From assembly GCF_001194135.2 (NCBI RefSeq), contig NC_068981.1:65918517-65962652 (forward strand): a stretch of DNA of 44,136 nucleotides, written 5' to 3'. This document shows, one piece after another, positions 34,046 through 44,136 of the stretch. Each line of letters begins with the position of its first letter. Within the stretch, counting starts at the first letter, position 1. The stretch comes from Octopus bimaculoides. Lineage: Eukaryota. A program made the position numbers and the translations under genes. The notes under the pieces were generated by a model. The model was not told the DNA's origin, ran no database searches, and was given only the letters and a program-made list of their open reading frames with translations.

Positions 34046-36259
34046 TTAAAAAATATATCATTAATCCCAATTCACAGTGAATGATTGACATCAAAAATGG
34101 AACCCAGCTATCAAGTACTTATTCTAAGTTGTGATAAAACTGTTTAGATCTATCTACCTTCTAATAGTTGTTTGATATAAAGGACAAAACATCTTGCAAC
34201 CTCTTTGATATTTGGGATCCCATAGAAAGCTTAATCGGTATTGTGAGTTGTTCAACTGGGTTTCTTAACAGGTTCCTATTGCCTTCTGATTCATTGGAAG
34301 ATTGGATTTTGATACTGAAAGATAATGAAACTCATGCATTGCTCCATTGTTTATGGCTGTGAACTGTAACCTCACTCAAGAACAGGAGTCTGCAACAGTA
34401 TCTATAGTAACCTCATCCAAAGACAGAAGTTTGTTATATCTATAGAACGACTAAATTTTCATTGTGTGAAGAAAACAATGTTACAGGAGCTAAACTTTTT
34501 CAGAACCACAAGATCTTTGTAGCCAGGGATTATCGCTATGTGTGTGTTTTATTTATTTATTTATTTATTTTTTTAGCAATACATGGTAAGACATATCCAC
34601 TTCTGGATAGAATGGATAGAATGCTAGTCTGTTTCAGGTAGATTAGAATTGAATTACCCATTGCAAACCAACCAATGAATTAACCACCTATGACCTAAGT
34701 ATCTTGGTTCTGGATGTAGACATGGTGATATGATGCTTACAAGTCAGATGTTGAAGTAAGATATATGGCATGTTGTTGGTTAAATAACTAATTACAATCT
34801 ACAAACCCTTTGCTTCAGATACATCTTACTTTTACATAATTGAAGACCAAACTTTGCTCTTCCATGTGTATAGCCTGGACATCTTCATAACTTCCCTACA
34901 ATTAATTATTTTGCAGTTTATATAACATGTGATCAAAGTGGATTCTATCAAAGTACCACGATTTTTCTTTTGCTCTATAAGCATGTTTCAGCAAAGTTGT
35001 TTGGAACAAACAAGGTTTTTAATGTTGCAAAAATCAGTGATGTTCAGAGAATTTGAACCACTGATTGCTTGACTTGGCCATCCATGCAGTCTTTGTTCTG
35101 TGTTACTAGAGCTGCAGAACAACATTGAAATACAATAGCGTATATTACGAAAGTCATAAGTGGGTAAGTAGAAGTTTTGATAGCTTATGGCTTAGTTGTT
35201 TGTATCCTCTTTGTTGAGCTGTTCTATAGCCAAACCAGTGGCTTTCAATGGGCCCAGTCCTACCACCCTTCTCTCTAGATCACTCTTATAAGCAGCAATA
35301 AGCACTGTAAAAATTGTTGCACATTTTGTTGACTTGCAATGTTGTATTCCATTCCTGATATGTCCCACTGTTTAAATCTAAGTCAAATAAGGACACATCC
35401 CATTGATGGGTATTTCTCTGGTTAAGAACTGACTCTATCATTTAACAAAATGTTGATCATCAGAGCTTAGGCTTTTTTAACCACTGCTTTTTCCATTTTG
35501 CTAATGCTTTCTCAATGCTCCCTTCATTTTAATATCATAACATAATATCAGGTCAGAATGATATAGTTCTGCTATTAGTTTGACATGAGTGACTTCACAC
35601 CAGAGCTACATGTGAATGCTATAAGCATAGGTGATATAAATTTGGTTTTGTATATTTATTCACATTTCAAAGTCTAACATTAAGAGTTGTTACCTGCCAG
35701 TGATATAAACACAAATTCTTTAATGCACCACAACTACATGCAAGAGTTCAAACTATCAAAATCCAATAATGCAGTATTCTAACACAATATCCACTTTAAG
35801 TGGAAGATATTACCTATTGGCATTAACAATGCTTCTATCACTTAATTATATTTTAGTGCATTAAAACTTTTTTGAAGTTAATATTTAAACAGGATGGACT
35901 AAAAAAATACAGATGCATCTATTATTTCCCCCTTCACTGCCCCTTTGACCCAAGTAACTATAAAATTTTGTACTCCCACCCCCGAGGAGATGGTACCACT
36001 CAATTAGTGAAGTACTGATCTAATGTGTTGCATTCAGCGACTTTCCAACTGATAGGTTAATTTCTGCTGCTGTGCTATATCTATGGCCAAAGTATCTAAC
36101 TCTTAGTGAGGGAGCTCCTTTATGTTGCTGTAAATGGATACAATAGAAAAGGGCAGTTCACCTCTTTAAGCAGCAAAATAGTGATGAGTATTACATGTAA
36201 ATGTATTCATGTATGAAACCTTTAAAACTGGTATCTTTTCCAGTGACTTTCAACCACTT

Positions 36260-36485
36260 AGAGTGGACTTATAATGGTTTCAGAATTTTGATACAAGGCC
36301 AGCAATTTCAGGGGAGTGGGGTAAGTCAGTTACATCAACCTCAGTGTTTAACTGGTACTTCTTTTATTGACCCAGAAAATATGAAAGCAAAGTTACCATT
36401 GACAGAATTTGCACTCAGAACATAAAGATGGATGAAATGCTGCCAAGCATTTAGCCTGGCATGCTAACAATTCTGCCAGCTCACA
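36260..36485 (-). mobile_element. ATT-tailed SINE family copy, inverted
   Basis: actggtacttcttttattgacccagaaaatatgaaagcaaagtt...agaatttgcactcagaac...ctaacaattctgccagctcac is the reverse complement of the 6637 family. Confidence 0.7.
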
Positions 36486-36769
36486 TCCTTAGGGTGCATC
36501 TATATTAAGAACACTGACACATTCAATGTGTTATCCTATAACCTATTTAGTCTTTGGAGCACTCATTTAGTGTATCCCGAGTATAACAGCCTGGCAGAAC
36601 ACACCTCTCTACAATCTGCTCACAGAAAGAATTTAATTCAGAACTGTAAATAATGAGTATATATCTGTATATTTTATTGCACAAGTAGATGGACTGTGCC
36701 ATATTAGAGTCAAGCTATAAACAATGGTGAAGAGACATAAATTGCAGAGACCGTTAACTTTGATGGTTA

Positions 36770-37020
36770 CAATTTTCTCTTGCTTTGAGCGTGGCCGTTG
36801 CCAGTACCACCTGACTGGCCTTCGTGCCGGTGGCACGTAAAAGCACCCACTACACTCTCTGGGTGGTTGGCGTTAGGAAGGGTATCCAGCTGTAGAAACT
36901 CTGCCAAATCAGATTGGAGCCTGGTGTAGCCATCTGGTTTCACCAGTCCTCAGTCAAATCGTCCAACCATGCTAGCATGGAAAGCGGACGTTAAACGACG
37001 ACGATAATGATGATGATGAA
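36770..37020 (+). mobile_element. (GAT)n-tailed SINE / RTE 3' end copy, young
   Basis: CpG-intact tttgagcgtggccgttgccagtaccacc...ggcacgtaaaagcacccactacactc...gcggacgttaaacgacgacgataatgatgatgatg. Confidence 0.85.
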
Positions 37021-39300
37021 TGGTAGCCGATAAAAAGTAAGATAAAATGCCCTAAGATCATCAAGCACGTTTTTTTTTTTTATTTTGCTCTAAAAGAAAC
37101 TTAACTAAAAAAAAAAAACTCAACAAATATATTTTAGTAGATGTTTATTCAAAGAACATAGGTATTTATTGTATATTTGTTCAGATGTAAGACAGAACAG
37201 GACAACTTGCATTTTTCTAATAAATATCATTTAAGAAATGTTTTCTGCTATGTTAAATGGTTTTGTTATATATCATCTATATAAAATATGATTTTGAGGA
37301 ACAGTTTAAAAAAATATTTTGACTTATATTTAAACATATATCATACATATTCTATAGATTTTATTACTTGTGTAGAACATTGTTTAGGTGTGAGGAATTA
37401 AGAATTAGTTGAAGCTCCAATTTAATCTGTAACCAGATAACAAGGGTAAATTTTCAAATGTTATTTTATTAGAAGCTGGCCAGATATTCATTTAAAAAAA
37501 TATTTTTGCTGCAAAACTTAGTTTAAAAATCATTTATTGTTTCATGTTTGTTTTCTTTGTAGTTACTTTTATCTTAGAAAATGAAATGGAAATATTTGAA
37601 CCATATCAAGTAGAAATTATTTCATCTCATAGCAAAATCCATCATTGGATTTGATTCGTATCGACTTTATATTTTATTTTATTTCATCTCTTAAGAGATA
37701 ATACTTTTATTTCCGCAAAAACAAAAAAAAAATAAATAAAAGCACTCTTTCATGAAATTGTCAATTGATTTATTTAAAAAAAAGATTAAAAAAATGTTTG
37801 AAATGATGAAAACAATCAAAAGAAAGATGTTCACATTTGTTACATATTGTAGATATTACAGTAAAATAATTAGATTTCAATTTTTTGACAACTAAAGTAT
37901 AAATTAAGTTAGATATTAACTGGTATAACTGTTCATTGTTTGCATATCAAATGGGTAGAAAATTTTGAAAAAAAATCCTGTATCATATTTTAAAATTCAG
38001 AAGCAATTTACAGCATTCATTTGTGTAAAATTAACAATGTTTTAATTGCTCAATTGTAAATTTACAGTGTTGATACTCAAAAATTTGGAAGTAAAAGAAA
38101 CAAAATTAAATTAAAACACAACACTTGAAGGTTATAGATGTTACTATTTCCTGTGATGGAGCCAGGAAGGATTTACCAGAAAAGGGGTGACAAAATTGAA
38201 ATCTGAATTTTTACAAAATCTAATATATTTGATAATGCATCTTTTTGAATTCAGGTATCACGAAGATCAACTTTACTTTCCACTTTTATTATTAAAATAG
38301 CTTCTAGTGATATACTGAGTTCAACTCAATACTTGATTCAATAATTACTTGTCACCTTGAAAAAATTTGAAGGTTTGCACTAAGACAAAAGAAATAGTTA
38401 TTACAACTTGTTATACAACTGAAAGAATCCATGTATTTCCAGATATCTGATACCTGTTAGTCTACTCAGGTATTTAGATAAGTCACTATAGAAAACAAAA
38501 AATGTAGATGGTGATAAAAGAGAAACAAAATTTCCAGTATTTCTAAAATAAAATACTTAAGAAGAATGGTTTATTTTTAATTTGGAATAAAAGTATTTTA
38601 GATAGCTATCAAGGAACACACATATATGCATTTGTGATTATGTATATATGTGAATACATACACATCAATGTGTTTGTATACACATGCTTATGTATACATG
38701 TATGCATAGGCATGACTTACATGCAGGCATGGCTGTGGTTGTGTATACACGTATTATGCTCCATATACATATATGGGACATGTAGATGTCATGATATGAA
38801 AGCTACCAACATTTACCATTACACAATATAATGTGCGTATACATGTGTGTGTCTGTATACATGTGTGTGTCTGTATTTTTTAATATTTGTGCTTGTCTGG
38901 AAATTTGCTTAGCTATGAGTGGTAATGTTGCTGTCTTTCCTCTGTCAATGATGTCCTGGTTTTGTGCCATTGAAGACATTGTAAAACAGTACCTCAATAA
39001 TATATTCATCTAACCCATGCTAGCATGGAAAAAATAGACACACAAATAAATGAATGAATAATACATAGACACACATGTGTGCACACACACACCAAAGATC
39101 AGTAAGAGCATACCTTTATCATTCAGTGATAAATCAACTTCTGTAGAAGTTGTGACTGCTTTACCATTTGGTATTAAAGCATTTGAATGATCAGATGTTT
39201 CTTTTTCCATCTAAACTTTGTGTATTAACACAAATCTGAATCAAAACATTAGTACACACATTATGTAATAATAAACCTTGGTAGACACTTCTTATGCCCC

Positions 39301-39338
<38 letters not shown>

Positions 39339-39728
39339 ACAGACCAGAAGTATATTTAAGATGTAATCAGTACTGAAAACGCAGAGCACTTGTCCAATAA
39401 CAATCTTATTCCATTGCACGATGGATCAAGGCCTACCATGTCTTTGAATGAATATGAATGAGAAGAAATTTAAAATGCAAGGAGACAAAATAAACAAAAG
39501 TATACACTGATTGCTATAGTTTATAGTTTATTTTTAATTAGAAGAAAATAAATTATAAAACATTTGCAACCACAAAAGAAATACAATAAAACTTACAATA
39601 TACATCATCATCATCATCATCATGTATATAAGTATTCTTTAAACCCATAAGTTGTTATCAAGGTCCAGTTTGTAGGTTTCCAAATTGAATGAATTGAAGA
39701 GGGATCAGAGGAAACGGAGAAGAAATTA

Positions 39729-39763
<35 letters not shown>

Positions 39764-40109
39764 GTTGTTGTTATTTAATTTGTTTCTGTTTAATTTTCTT
39801 GTTGAAATTAAAATAATCAAGTAAAAACAAAAAAAAAAAACAACTACAAACATACAGCAATCATAGAAAGCACAATCTTGAATGTCAAAAGTTTTGTTAT
39901 TTTAATTTTTTTTTTGTTATAATTAATATTTTTCTTTCTTTATTTTATTATTAAATTTTATGAATGGGCTGGGGGGAAAAATGGTTCTGAAGGATAAAAT
40001 ATTTACAGGTAGAAAATACGGGTAACTGTTTTTGATGGGGTGAGGGGAACAAAATCCAAAATATCAAACACAAAGTAAACAAAATTCTTTTAAGAGTTAC
40101 ATGGGTCTA

Positions 40110-40127
40110 NNNNNNNNNNNNNNNNNN
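40110..40127. other. Assembly gap (18 N)
   Basis: Run of N. Confidence 1.
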
Positions 40128-41533
40128 CTTACTGTGAAATTCAATGTTTTCTTTAAAAAAATATTGCAAACCTTTAAAATTAAATTTTAAAAATCTATTT
40201 TAAATATAAAATGTTTTAAATTAATTTCTAAAATATTATTTAAAATAGAAAAATTACTGTGAATTTATATTTTATGTTTGCATTAAAGTCTCAATTTTAA
40301 ATAATTAAAGATAAATGCATTAGTTAAAAGAAACCGACTATTTTAAAACTTGAATATGAAATATTTCAATTTTTTTTAAAAAAAGCGTAGACAAGGGAAT
40401 TAATTCTAAATCCTTGGGTATCACGATCAGGTACACAAAAATTAACCCTCCCTTTCAAGGGAAATAACTGTAAAACATTAATACATCAAGGAGAAGAGAT
40501 ATGTAAAGGGAGGTAACTGTATCCGGTCATATTTAATAAATAGCTATTGATTAATATCAAAAAAGTTTCAAGAACAATAAACATAAAAAAAAAAACTGAA
40601 AAATGTTTAAACTCAATCCAATCTTTCTATAAGATGGATTGAATTTAAGCAATAGCTCTTTAATTTCTCCTCTGCTCCTTATTGCATTATATTATTTACT
40701 TTGAACAATCGTTTGTTGATACTTTCATTTTTTGTCATTGAAACTTTTTGGAATATTTTACTACCATACGTTGACACAAACGTCCGGATTACCACTTGAT
40801 TTATATTTAGGCTACTAAATGTAGCAAAATTTCTTTAATGAATTCGAAAAATTCAAATAGTTATATAATATTTTAAAATTTCTTTGTATATTTAGTTTCA
40901 AATTTGAAACTTCACATTACATTAATCTTGTACAAATTAATTTCATTTATAGTAGAAGATTTCTATAAGAAAAATACATTTCTTTTATGAATTTCTCCAA
41001 AAGTACAATTCAATTTTCACAATGAAATAATATATATATTTAAAAAATTATAGTACTTAAAAATTAATAAATAAAAAGCACTAAAAGTTATGGAAAATGA
41101 TGAAAAAAAAACTTGGCTGATGTGACTGAAAATTATTTATTACACATTCAGCAGTTAACTGATAAAATTATCATCTATGATATAAAGAATTTTTATTTCA
41201 GTTCTCTATTTAGGATTGTCTTATTAGTGACGTAGCTGTCACATGTGTGTGTGGAGGAGTTGCATTGCTCTCCCTGTGTGCATTTGTGTATATATGCAAT
41301 GTGTCTAAATATAGCTTTCAGTAAATAATATAGCTGTCTATATTGTAATGCTTAAATTAAAATGGTTTATTAGTCACATCAGTCCAAAATAATAATAAAA
41401 GAAATTACATTTGAAACCAAAAAATCAAATTACAAGATTTATTAACAATATAAATATTGGTGGTGATTTAGTAGATAATTTTGATGTTAGAAAATCAATA
41501 CTTCTAGGATTGGTAAAACATTATTAGAAGTAG

Positions 41534-41536
<3 letters not shown>

Positions 41537-41617
<81 letters not shown>
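41537..41617. repeat. (TA)n microsatellite
   Basis: Directly visible; further TA/TG compound tracts at ~41815-41943. Confidence 0.95.
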
Positions 41618-42820
41618 GCATGAAAAAGTATGTTTTAGGGATGCACAGAAAATTCTTCAAACAAATATTAAATCTTACATTTTAATACCCATCAAAATTT
41701 AAGAATTAGAAACAGATTAATTTTGTATAATTAATAAATTAATCATCAAAATTATTTTGTCTACTCCTAGGACAGAATAGAGTAGTAGATACTTATGATG
41801 TAGTCACAATGAATGTGTGTGTGTGAGTGTTTATATATATGTATATATATAATATATATATTTATATATATGTGTATGTATATATATATATATATTTTAT
41901 ATATTTATATATATGTGTATGTATATATATATATATATATATATGATGGAGTTTAAATAAGTATCAGATTTATGTTTTAAGGGACTTATATATTCATGCA
42001 TATATATATGTATATATATGTATGTGTGTATGTGGAAAGTATTGATATATAAGAAACTTCCCTTTAACTAAAAAATTTCTTGTTATTGTTTTTTCTTCTT
42101 AGTTGAAGAATTTAAATTCAGGGAAAGTGGAAAACAGCCGGTGCCACACGAAACAGGGGAACTGCATGAGTTTCCACATGAAAAACTCAAAGGACGTGGG
42201 CTAGCATCATCGTGGAAGTAGATTTCAGATTGTAGTGTAGATCTGAAAGAAAAATCATTAGAACTGTTAGAACCAAATTGGTCAATTTTTGTTTTGTGTT
42301 AGAAAATAAAGATTGAAATAAATACATTTTACATTGTGTTATTTTTGGAATTCTATCCCTCTCCCACTATCTAACAATTATTTAACAAATGGTTTAATAT
42401 ATGATTTTTCTTGGCTAGAAAACACCGATAAATATTTTTTGTGGTAGACAATTCTTTTTTAGATTGTGATATCAACAAGACTATACTACTAGCTTGAGTT
42501 ACATATTAGTAACACAGCTGGGATGTTACAATTTATGACTATTATAAGCTCATATGGTGTTTTCTAACTTTTTCTTTGCCCATCATCCCTTGGAAATGTA
42601 TAATTAATTTTTTACTTTCTACAAAATTGAAGAATGAAAAAAAAAAAAATCAATTTCCTAACAGCTAATTAAGTTTTAAAATTTAAATTATACTACACAA
42701 TGTGCAGGTAAACAAACTGAACTAAAAAAAATAATAAGCTTTTGATGTGATATAAATTAATTGGAAAAAAGGTAAAAAAAAAACTGTAAATGATGACAAT
42801 TGCAATAATGATTAGAATAT

Positions 42821-43020
42821 TCATTGACTACCTTGTTCCCACTTTATATTTCTAATTTTATCAAAGTGCGAAACTTTGTCACTGACTGCAATTCACAGGT
42901 CTATCTATGGTTTTGGGAAATTACTAGATTATGCCTTGATTGTTGAAAGAGCATTGACTCCAGATTCACACAAGTATATCATTGCAAATGAAATGAGGAT
43001 GTAGTTCTTGGTCATAATCT
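42821..43020 (-). mobile_element. hAT (Charlie/Buster-type) transposase C-terminal dimerisation-domain remnant
   Basis: Minus strand ILISFAMIYLCESGVNALSTIKA*...IDL*IAVSDKVSHFDKIRNIKWEQGSQ*, matching the LIPFATTYLCESGFS.L..IK...DLR.A.S...Q.SH* pattern. Confidence 0.75.
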
Positions 43021-43679
43021 CTTAAGGGTTAAATATACGTAAGTAGAATAATAAAGTACTTGGGTTTAATAGAATAAAGTTATTTCTAAGAGCTAATTAA
43101 TAATTTTAGATTAATAAGCAATTTTTATAAAGTATATTCTTTCCCTTTTCATTGTATCTCTTGAAATGCCATTTTAAACTTCCAGGGTGTATGAGCTCCC
43201 CAAGTTGGGACATTCTGGGAAAGTAAGTGGAAATAAAAGTTTCAATTACTGCCAAAAGAAATTGAATGGAAAGGTTTAAGTTAACTATTAATGCATAGAA
43301 AGCATGATCTCAGGTGAAAATTAGATGTATCTAGAGGTAATTATAATAGAAATCAAGTGAACCAACAAATATCTGCAACTTCTGATTAGTGAAATAAATT
43401 TCGATGACTAATGCTTATTACTAAATTTTCTCAATGGTGTTTAAACATTTATCACATGCTTGTATTTAAACCTTGCTACATTCACACTTGGCCCACAAGG
43501 TCCTGCCCAGTGCCTCAATCACCCAGAGAGCAATGGTAACAAAGTGCCAGCTCCTGGTAGGGCCATCCATGCTGGACAGGTCGAAAAAATTGAGTCTAGG
43601 CTAATATGGAGCACCTATTCCAAGAGCCAAAAATGGGTTTTCATAGCTACTCCTACCAATTAAAAAAAAAAAAATACAG

Positions 43680-43800
43680 AAGTTAGAGAAGCATTGCTAA
43701 AACTTCAGAATCAACAGGACCTGAGAGAGGAAAACAGTTCAGAGCCAAGAATAATGGAGAAAAGTATTGATGGTCTATGTTCCATGGGCTTAAGTAAGAG
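43680..43800 (+). mobile_element. Possible LINE ORF2 pre-RT fragment
   Basis: TEVREALLKLQNQQDLREENSS resembles EVxxALxKLKNxKAPGxD; short and degenerate. Confidence 0.3.
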
Positions 43801-43864
43801 AGTAAGTACATGTATTTGGCTCTGAACTGTTATATGTATATATATGTATGTATATATGTGTATG

Positions 43865-44130
43865 CATACAGTGCCCCTGGACTGGCTTGTGCGGGTGGCA
43901 CATAAAAGACACCATTTCGAGCGTGGCCGTTTTCGTGCGGGTGACACGTAAAAGCACCCACTACACTCTCTGAGTGGTTGGCGTTAGGAAGGGCATCCAG
44001 CTGTAGAAACTCTGCCAAATCAGACTGGAGCCTGGTGTTGCCATCCGGTTTCACCAGTCCTCAGTCAAATCGTCCAACCCATGCTAGCAGGGAAAGCGGA
44101 CGTTAAACGATGATGATGATGATGATGATA
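43865..44130 (+). mobile_element. (GAT)n-tailed SINE / RTE 3' end copy, young
   Basis: Near-identical to 36770-37020 in the 3' part; ends gcggacgttaaacgatgatgatgatgatg. Confidence 0.85.
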
Positions 44131-44136
44131 TATATA

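Noticed and set aside
34158-34362. Overlapping short ORFs on both strands with splice-like signals
   Set aside because: Phases could not be linked to any other candidate exon; no recognisable protein.

Overview
AT-rich eukaryotic genomic DNA, crowded with SINEs, RTE-type LINE fragments and microsatellites. The repeat families look like Octopus/coleoid cephalopod (inference). Two spliced protein-coding genes lie on the + strand. (1) A DIPK1/FAM69-family divergent kinase with 3 coding exons (2089-2241, 3546-4394, 6319-6549; 410 aa). (2) Mitochondrial apoptosis-inducing factor AIFM1 with only 2 coding exons (22551-23647, 30925-32308; 826 aa). The most striking observation is the AIFM1 N-terminus: a prag01/Deltameth_res (COX7B-like) membrane module plus a ~190-aa Ala/Pro/Glu linker, built partly from a 30-bp coding minisatellite, sits ahead of the FAD/NADH core. 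This suggests a complex-IV-subunit/AIF fusion. Other elements: a CpG-decayed 5S rRNA copy abutting a tRNA-derived SINE, a tail-to-tail SINE hairpin just upstream of the first DIPK1 coding exon, a 538-bp foldback MITE with a perfect 8-bp TSD ~1.5 kb upstream of AIFM1, two TTAA piggyBac-type MITEs, and Helitron and hAT transposase remnants. There are two small assembly gaps. All motif assignments were made by eye; no database search was run.
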